This document shows positions 38,345 to 45,512 of a stretch of DNA of 45,512 nucleotides, piece by piece. The notes beneath the pieces were generated by a model, which saw only the letters and a program-made list of their open reading frames with translations, was not told where the DNA came from and did not search any database. This DNA is from an uncultured Roseivirgaceae bacterium (lineage in GTDB: Bacteria; Bacteroidota; Bacteroidia; Cytophagales; Cyclobacteriaceae). A program made the translations under genes and the position numbers. Numbering within the stretch: the first letter of the stretch is position 1; every line of letters starts with the position of its first letter. Location: contig CAZWLS010000001.1 in NCBI GenBank assembly GCA_964634415.1, forward strand, positions 2,193-47,704, in the 5' to 3' direction.

Positions 38345-39247
38345 ATGGTTACACACATTGAAGTAAAAGGAGAAGACATTAGTCGTCCGTCTGAACGTCC
38401 ACCAAAGACCAATTGGAAAGTTGAGCTTATAAAAAAGGGTTTAGGCGTATTGCAACACGCTTCACCAAAAAAGTCGGCCGAGATTATATGGCATTATTTT
38501 ACGCTGCCTGGTCGAGTAGGATTTACCGAGCCACAAAAGAGTATATTAAAATCAGCAGAAAGCTTTCAACACAGCTATCAAGGTGATTTGATTAAGTCTT
38601 ATAAATGGGGTGACTCTGAGAAAAAAATATTACTCTGCCATGGTTGGAGATCTAAGGCAGCTGATTTCAGGAGAATGATTAACTCTTTTGTAGAAATGGG
38701 ATATCAAGTAGAGGCTGTAGACATGCGTGCACATGGAAAATCAGAAGGAAAGCAAACTGCACTTCCCGAATTTAGAGACATTCTCAAACAACATATTGCA
38801 AAAAATGGACCTTATGAGACGATAATCGCGCATTCTATTGGAGCACTCGGTGTGGGAATTGCTTTAAGCGAACTAGGTGAAGCTCTTCATCCAAAAAACT
38901 ATTTTGCGATATCGGCACCACCATACGTAAGATATTTTTTCAAAGACATTGTAAGTGAAGTAGGATGCAATGAATCAGTATATCGATCTATGTGTGGTCT
39001 TGTAAAAGAAAGATATCATCAACCGATAGACTACTTTGATTTGCGAATAAAGGCCAATCAACTAAAGAATATAAATACTCACTTATTCTACTGTGAAGAT
39101 GATCAAATTGTCCCCTTTGCCAAGGGGGAAGAACTTGAAAAATCTTGGACACATGCGTCCTTCGTGCATGTGAAAGGACTTGGACATTATAAAATCATGG
39201 CTAATGAGTCTATTATAAGTTATATAGTCAATGCTTTAAAGAAATAA
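38345..39247 (+). CDS. Alpha/beta hydrolase
   Basis: LLCHGW, D.RAHG.S.G, nucleophile elbow AHSIG, DD..VP, GLGH. Confidence 0.88.
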   Translation: MVTHIEVKGEDISRPSERPPKTNWKVELIKKGLGVLQHASPKKSAEIIWHYFTLPGRVGFTEPQKSILKSAESFQHSYQGDLIKSYKWGDSEKKILLCHGWRSKAADFRRMINSFVEMGYQVEAVDMRAHGKSEGKQTALPEFRDILKQHIAKNGPYETIIAHSIGALGVGIALSELGEALHPKNYFAISAPPYVRYFFKDIVSEVGCNESVYRSMCGLVKERYHQPIDYFDLRIKANQLKNINTHLFYCEDDQIVPFAKGEELEKSWTHASFVHVKGLGHYKIMANESIISYIVNALKK

Positions 39248-39450
39248 TCGTTCTATTGCGATATTTAAAATGCCATTCTTGATTATTCAAAATTTCGCAA
39301 AAAAAACTGCTTCAGACATCGGGAATTGAATATTACTCAATAAAAGATATATTATTTTGTATTTATTGTAATTAACAATTAAATATTTTAATAAATTATC
39401 AGTGAAACGATGATTTGACACTATCTTCAACAACTTTTTTTAGATGAAAG

Positions 39451-42400
39451 ATGGGAAGAGAATATCAATCATTATACGTTCCTGAGCTTGAACATGATGC
39501 CTGCGGAATAGGGTTTGTCGCAAATATCAATCGCGATAGATCATACCAAATAGTAACGGATGCGATTCTTATGTTGGAAAACATGGAGCATCGTGGTGGA
39601 GTTGGCGCCGAACCTGAAACAGGTGATGGTGCTGGGATAATGACCGAGATTCCATATGATTTTTTTGATAAAGAATTAAAAGAAAATCGATCAGAACTAA
39701 CCCCAAGATCTTATGGGGTGGGCATGTTATTCTTGCCAAAGCCTAGGTGGGAAGAGTGCCTGGATCATCTTAAGAACTTACTTAAAGAGCTGGATTTCGA
39801 TCTTTTTCATGTCAGACAAGTGCCGGTTGATAGCCTCTTTGTTGGTCCTACTGCAAGAGAAAATGAACCTATCATCATTCAGATATTTCTAAAACACGGA
39901 GATTTAGCCGAAAAAGAACTTGAACGCAAACTCTATATATTAAATAAAGTTGCCACAAAACGTTTATCTACAACCTTCCAGGATTTCTACATTTGAAGAC
40001 TTCTATATTGCTTCCCTTTCCTGCTATAAGATTGTTTATAAAGGTCAATTAAGAACAGATCAGTTAAAGCAATACTACTTAGATCTACAAAATCCCGAGT
40101 TTAAGTCCGCTTTTGCAATTATTCATTCACGGTTTTCTACAAATACATTTCCGAGGTGGAGCTTGGCTCAACCATTTAGATTTCTAGCTCATAATGGTGA
40201 AATAAATACCATCCGAGGTAATGTGAATAAAATGAATGGAAAGTCTGCTTTATTGAAGTCAGATGTTTTTACTGAAGATGAAATCGAAAAACTTTTACCT
40301 ATTTGCAATCCGGATTTTTCAGATTCTGCTAATCTGGATGAGCTTGTAGAGTTATTGGTAATGGCAGGAAGATCCCTTCCACATGCACTTATGATGTTAG
40401 TACCTGAAACCTGGCAGTATAATAAGAGCATGGACGAACACACAAAGGCCTTCTACAAGTATAATGCATCTATTATGGAGCCTTGGGATGGGCCCGCTGC
40501 ATTATGCTTCACTGATGGGGATGTTATTGGCGCCACCTTAGACAGAAATGGACTAAGACCATGCAGATACTCAATTACTTTTGATGGTAGACTGATTGTT
40601 TCTAGTGAAACTGGTGCTCTACCTGTAGATCAGAAAATGATTAAAGAAAAAGGTCGATTGCAACCAGGTAAAATGATTGTAGCAGACCTGGAAAATGGCA
40701 TTATAAAATTTGATTCTGATATCAAAAATGAGATTGCGAAATCCAAACCCTATCTCAATTGGATAAGAAAACATCGAATCAAGCTTCGCTTTCTACCTGG
40801 CCCATTTACTGATCCAGTCTTCCATAACGAAGATCAGGTAGGAATTTTACAATGTGCAAATGGGTGGAGTAAAGAAGCAATCGATCAGATTTTATTGCCA
40901 ATGTGCGAGCAGGGCAAAGAACCCATTGGAAGTATGGGGCTTGAAATTCCTTTAGCAGCGCTTAGCAACAAATCCCAGCATCCGGCTAACTTCCTTAAGC
41001 AATTTTTCGCACAGGTTAGTAACCCACCAATCGATCCAATCAGAGAGCGGATGGTTATGTCTTTGTTTACACGGCTTGGTGAAGGAGCCAATATATTATC
41101 CGAGGATCCAGAACACTGCCATCAAATACACATTACGCGTCCTGTGCTCCGTCCAGATACTTTTCAAAAAGTGCTCGAGCTTACCAATCAAGGGTTCTCA
41201 CACCATATCCTGAAATGCACTTTTCGTGAGGAAGAAACATTAGATGCAGCGATCACAAGAATATGTGAAGAAGCCGAAGAGGCGGTTTTATCCGATGCCA
41301 AGATCCTTATCATAAGTGATGCATCTCAAAACAAAGAAAACTTACCAATCCCATCTCTCTTTGCTCTAGGAGCTATTCAACATCACCTCACAGACAAAAA
41401 GATTCGAGCTAAAACAAGCTTGATCGTTCATGCGGCAGATGTAATAGAGGTACATCACATCGCAACTTTAATTGGGTATGGCGCAAGTGCAGTAATGCCT
41501 TATCTCGCATTTAGTCAAATAAATCTTCATGCAAAATCTAAAGATTTAGACTTCAATGTTCTCTCTGATAATTATGCTAAAGCCATTGGGAAGGGGCTTT
41601 TGAAAGTAATGTCCAAAATGGGTATTTCAACATTACAATCTTATCAAGGAGCCCAAATATTTGAAGCAATTGGCCTTTCTTCAACTGTAATAGATAGGTG
41701 TTTCAAAGGAACGATATCAAGAATTGAGGGGAATGATTTCACCCACTTTGAAGAGGGGATTCGCAAAAATCATCAAAAGGCATATTCATCAAAGACACTT
41801 GAACATGGCGGAGTCTATAGCTGGCGCAGGGATCAGGAGAAACATTTAATAGACCCTGAGACTATTCATTTGCTCCAAAAGGCAACAAAGCTTAAAGATT
41901 ATTCGCTCTATAAGAAATATGCTTCAAGGATTAGCAATCCAGATAAAGGATATTTTAATATTAGACACCTTTTATCCTTCAAAGAGCGCACCGCAATCCC
42001 AATAGAATCAGTTGAGCCCGAAGAAAATATTCTTAAACGGTTTGCCACTGGCGCCATGTCATTTGGTTCTATTTCACACGAAGCTCATACTACTTTGGCC
42101 ATTGCGATGAATCGAATAGGTGGAAAGAGTAATAGCGGTGAAGGTGGTGAGGATCCCAGTCGATTTATACCAAAAGAAAATGGAGACCTGGAGAAATCAA
42201 GGATAAAACAAGTGGCTTCTGGAAGATTTGGTGTTACATCGCATTACTTGAATAATGCGGATGAAATACAAATCAAAATCGCACAAGGAGCAAAACCAGG
42301 AGAAGGTGGCCAGCTACCAGGACATAAAGTAAACAAGTGGATAGCTAAAGTACGTATGTCTACTCCGGGTGTAGATCTTATCTCGCCTCCTCCACATCAT

Positions 42401-43909
42401 GACATTTATTCGATTGAGGATCTTGCTCAGTTGATCTTTGATTTAAAAAATGCCAATCCCAATGCCCGAATAAATGTGAAGCTAGTAGCTCAGGCTGGTG
42501 TTGGAACCATCGCAGCCGGTGTTGCAAAAGGATTTGCAGATGCAATTTTAGTTTCAGGAGCAGATGGCGGTACAGGGGCATCGCCACTTAGTTCTGTTAG
42601 ACATGCTGGTCTTCCTTGGGAAATGGGGCTATCTGAAGCACAACAGACGTTGGTAAAAAACAAACTCAGAAGTCGTGTTGTCTTGCAGTCTGACGGTAAA
42701 ATGATGACTGGTAGAGACATAGCAATAGCTACACTACTAGGAGCCGAAGAATGGGGTGTATCTACGGCCGCTCTTATAGCCGAAGGCTGTATCATGATGA
42801 GGAAGTGTCACCTCAATACATGTCCGGTTGGGATTGCAACACAAGATGAAAATCTTCGAAAGCTATTTACCGGAGATCCAGAAGATGTGATCACCCTATT
42901 TAGATTTATGGCACGAGAGCTGAGAGAAATCATGGCTGACCTTGGCTTCAAGACCATCAATGAGATGGTAGGCCAAAATCAAATCCTTGAACAAAATCCA
43001 AATATCGATTCACGCGGATTAGACCTTTCCCCAATTCTTCATCACGAACTAACCAACGACACAATCTATAGATCAAGAGAACAAAAGCCTCTCATAGATG
43101 CAGTTCTCGACAATAAGATATGGGGTGATGTCAAAGAGGAACTTGATAAGGGATTTGTAGCTGCATATGAATACGAAATTAGAAATACAGACAGATCTAC
43201 CGGAGCAATCATCTCTAGCCATATTTCTAAAAATTATGGTGCAGAAGGATTACCAACCACCTTGCTAAAAATAAAATTCAAAGGCCCGGCCGGTCAAAGC
43301 TTTGGAGCATTTTTAGCACCGGGAATCAAATTTATCCTAGAAGGTGCGGCAAATGACTATGTAGGGAAAGGACTTTCGGGAGGAAGAATAATCATTCACC
43401 CTCAAAGAAATGTCCGTTTCAGGGCTAGAGAAAACACTATCATCGGCAATGTCGCATTGTATGGTGCAACAAGTGGAGAGTGCTACATTAACGGTATCGC
43501 CGGAGAGCGATTTGCCGTGAGAAATTCTGGTGCCAAGGCAGTGGTCGAAGGAGTCGGTGACCATGGCTGCGAATATATGACTGGCGGAACTGTACTTGTA
43601 CTAGGCAAAACAGGTAAAAACTTTGCTGCAGGTATGAGCGGAGGAATCGCGTACGTACTTGATGTAGATGGAGAGCTCAGTAAAAATTGCAACATGGAAA
43701 TGGTCATTTTTGATCGACTAGATAGTGAAGATTTGACGATCATCAAGACGCTTTTAGTAAATCACTTAAGGCACACATCCAGTAGTCTTGCTCAAGAAAT
43801 TCTACTTGATTGGGATAGGTATTTGAATCATTTGGTGAAAGTGATTCCAACCCAATATAAGGATATCAGAGAGGCTCAATTAAACATTCCAATGACACCT
43901 GTTTACTAA
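39451..43909 (+). pseudogene. gltB: Glutamate synthase large subunit, split by a +1 frameshift near 39976-40009 (real lesion, recoding site or assembly error)
   Basis: The frame-1 part has EHDACGIGF, M.HRG and GDGAG and stops at TGA 39994-39996. The other frame continues with HSRFSTNT, HNGEINT, EPWDGP, GAMSFGSIS, QGAKPGEGG, CHLNTCPVG and GCEYMTGG. Confidence 0.85.
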
Positions 43910-43916
43910 AAAGATT

Positions 43917-45317
43917 ATGGGAAAACCAACAGGATTTATCGAGTTTGAAAGGGAATTGCCAGGCAATCAACCCGTCGCTGATCGTATTACGAAATATGCA
44001 GAGTTTGAAATAGAGTTTCCTGAAACTAAAACAAAAGAACAGGCGGCTAGATGCATGGATTGTGGAGTCCCATTTTGCCATTCTGGATGCCCGTTGGGAA
44101 ATAAAATTCCTGATTTCAACGATGCAGTTTATAGGAATGAATGGAAGGAAGCATACCAAATACTGAAGTCAACAAACAATTTTCCGGAGTTTACTGGGAG
44201 AATTTGTCCTGCTCCCTGCGAAGGCTCATGTGTGTTAGGCATCAATAAAAGCCCTGTTGCTATAGAACACATAGAAAAAAGCATCGCTGAAAAAGCATTT
44301 GAAATGGGATGGGAGACCATCAAAACTCCTAGTCTTAAAACCGGAAAAAAAGTTGCAATAATAGGGTCGGGACCGGCTGGCCTTGCTGCAGCAGATCTTC
44401 TAAATCAAAAAGGGCATGAGGTAACAGTTTTTGAAAGAGACGAGGAAGTTGGTGGGCTATTGAGATTTGGAATTCCTGACTTCAAATTAGACAAATCTAT
44501 TGTTCGAAGAAGGGTCGAATTGTTAAGGAATGAAGGTATAACCTTCAAAACCAACACAAATGTTGGTGTTGACATAAAGGCAGATACTTTGCTGAAAAAA
44601 TTCGATGCCATCTTACTTTCCGGTGGGAGCACTATTCCACGGGATATCCCTATTAAGGGGCGCAATCTTGAGGGAGTACATTTTGCAATGGAATTTCTAA
44701 CTCAACAGAACCGTGAAGTAGCCGGAGCTACTTTCAACAACGATAAGATCTCAGCCAATAAAAAAGAAGTAATTGTAATTGGAGGTGGTGACACAGGTTC
44801 AGATTGTGTAGGGACAAGTATTAGACATGAAGCAACATCTGTTCTCCAAATTGAAATTATGGATAAGCCTCCTCTTGATCGACCCGAAAATAATCCCTGG
44901 CCAGAATGGCCTATGGTGCTACGAACTTCTACATCTCATGAAGAAGGTTGCGAAAGAGAATGGGCTGTGCTCACAAAAGAATTTATAGGGAAAAAAGGAA
45001 AGCTAACAGGACTGAAGGTAGTAGATGTAGCTTTCAAAAAAGGAAAGCTAGAAGAAATTAGTGATTCAGAAAGAATAATTCCCGCACAGCTTGCGCTAAT
45101 AGCAGCAGGATTTATCCATCCACAAAAAGAAGGCTTGTTGGAACAGCTGAAAGTTACACTAGATGAAAGAGGAAATGTTGAAACTTCCGATTTCAGATCT
45201 AGCATAGATAAAGTATTTGCAGCGGGTGATATGCGAAGAGGTCAATCTCTTGTAGTATGGGCCATTGCCGAAGGCCGAAAGGCAGCTTCAGCAATGGACA
45301 AGTATCTTGCTAGCTAG
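43917..45317 (+). CDS. gltD: Glutamate synthase small subunit
   Basis: MGKPTGF, RCMDCGVPFC..GCP, NNFPEFTGRICPAPCE, GSGPAG, GGGDTG.DC, GD.RRGQSLVVWAI.EGR. Confidence 0.97.
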   Translation: MGKPTGFIEFERELPGNQPVADRITKYAEFEIEFPETKTKEQAARCMDCGVPFCHSGCPLGNKIPDFNDAVYRNEWKEAYQILKSTNNFPEFTGRICPAPCEGSCVLGINKSPVAIEHIEKSIAEKAFEMGWETIKTPSLKTGKKVAIIGSGPAGLAAADLLNQKGHEVTVFERDEEVGGLLRFGIPDFKLDKSIVRRRVELLRNEGITFKTNTNVGVDIKADTLLKKFDAILLSGGSTIPRDIPIKGRNLEGVHFAMEFLTQQNREVAGATFNNDKISANKKEVIVIGGGDTGSDCVGTSIRHEATSVLQIEIMDKPPLDRPENNPWPEWPMVLRTSTSHEEGCEREWAVLTKEFIGKKGKLTGLKVVDVAFKKGKLEEISDSERIIPAQLALIAAGFIHPQKEGLLEQLKVTLDERGNVETSDFRSSIDKVFAAGDMRRGQSLVVWAIAEGRKAASAMDKYLAS

Positions 45318-45512
45318 GTTTTGCAACCAAATTAGCTACCATTTCTTTTTCGATAGCCATGTGTTGTTCTCCATGGTAGCCAATATCCATACCCTCTAGC
45401 TCAAGGTCTTCAGTAATCCTACCACCTTTCGTGAATAGGGCTACTAGTTTAAACACTACAAAAGTTCCAACACCAGAATAAAGTACTGTTGCAACAACGG
45501 ATTTCAGCTGAA
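45310..45512 (-). CDS. amt: Ammonium transporter (Amt), C-terminal fragment only
   Basis: Not in the ORF track. Manual translation gives ...QLKSVVATVLYSGVGTFVVFKLVALFTKGGRITEDLELEGMDIGYHGEQHMAIEKEMVANLVAKPS*, i.e. the last TM plus the Amt R...E.E..G.D...HGE tail. Overlaps the gltD end by 8 nt. Confidence 0.8.
   Translation of the reverse strand, partial: QLKSVVATVLYSGVGTFVVFKLVALFTKGGRITEDLELEGMDIGYHGEQHMAIEKEMVANLVAKPS

Noticed and set aside
39256-39300. Imperfect inverted repeat TTGCGATATTT / AAATTTCGCAA after the hydrolase
   Set aside because: AT-rich with a long loop and no downstream U-tract on the + strand; cannot be supported as a terminator or operator.
37366-39450. tRNA-anchored genomic island
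   Set aside because: No integrase or transposase, and no duplicated tRNA 3' end found by eye.
39950-39991. TTG start of the 1319-aa ORF as an independent gene
   Set aside because: The first residues are off-frame shadow sequence. GltB similarity starts only around 39992, and the catalytic N-terminal Cys lies in the upstream ORF, so a natural two-gene split inside the amidotransferase domain is unlikely.
790-45205. Numerous 60-105 aa ORFs antisense to or nested within the called genes
   Set aside because: They lie within well-supported CDSs and show no recognisable motifs; treated as shadow ORFs.
1-45512. CRISPR arrays, IS elements, prophage or anti-phage defence genes
   Set aside because: No periodic repeats and no transposase, phage, nuclease or reverse-transcriptase motifs were recognised.

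Overview
Bacteroidota window, probably a Cytophagales-type aquatic organism (inferred from gene content and TAnnTTTG promoter boxes). Positions 1284-23136 (minus strand) form a ~22 kb run of tightly packed, co-oriented surface-polysaccharide genes. It contains nucleotide-sugar enzymes (WbpP-like epimerase, rmlB/A/C, UDP-xylose synthase, WbpO/TviB-like dehydrogenase), an embedded PAPS module (cysC-cysD-cysN-cysQ) and SLBB/Wza-like export, Wzz, Wzx and Wzy genes. It also carries an atypical alkaline-phosphatase-superfamily enzyme, a pyruvyltransferase-family protein, a single GT2 and three sulfotransferases, and it ends tail-to-tail with a PL8 (chondroitinase/xanthan lyase family) gene. This candidate sulfated, pyruvylated glycan pathway is the most notable system here. 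The rest is mostly housekeeping: ccmBCDEF (Cys-type CcmE), DUF2520, UbiA-type prenyltransferase, DUF456, GNAT, DUF1223, purM, an OmpA/PD40 lipoprotein, a split FadF-like Fe-S pair, tRNA-Phe, a TetR/hydrolase unit with two visible operators, gltB/gltD and the 3' end of an ammonium transporter. gltB is interrupted by a frameshift at a synonymously diverged duplication with a 16-nt offset. All functional calls come from motif recognition by eye; no database searches were run.
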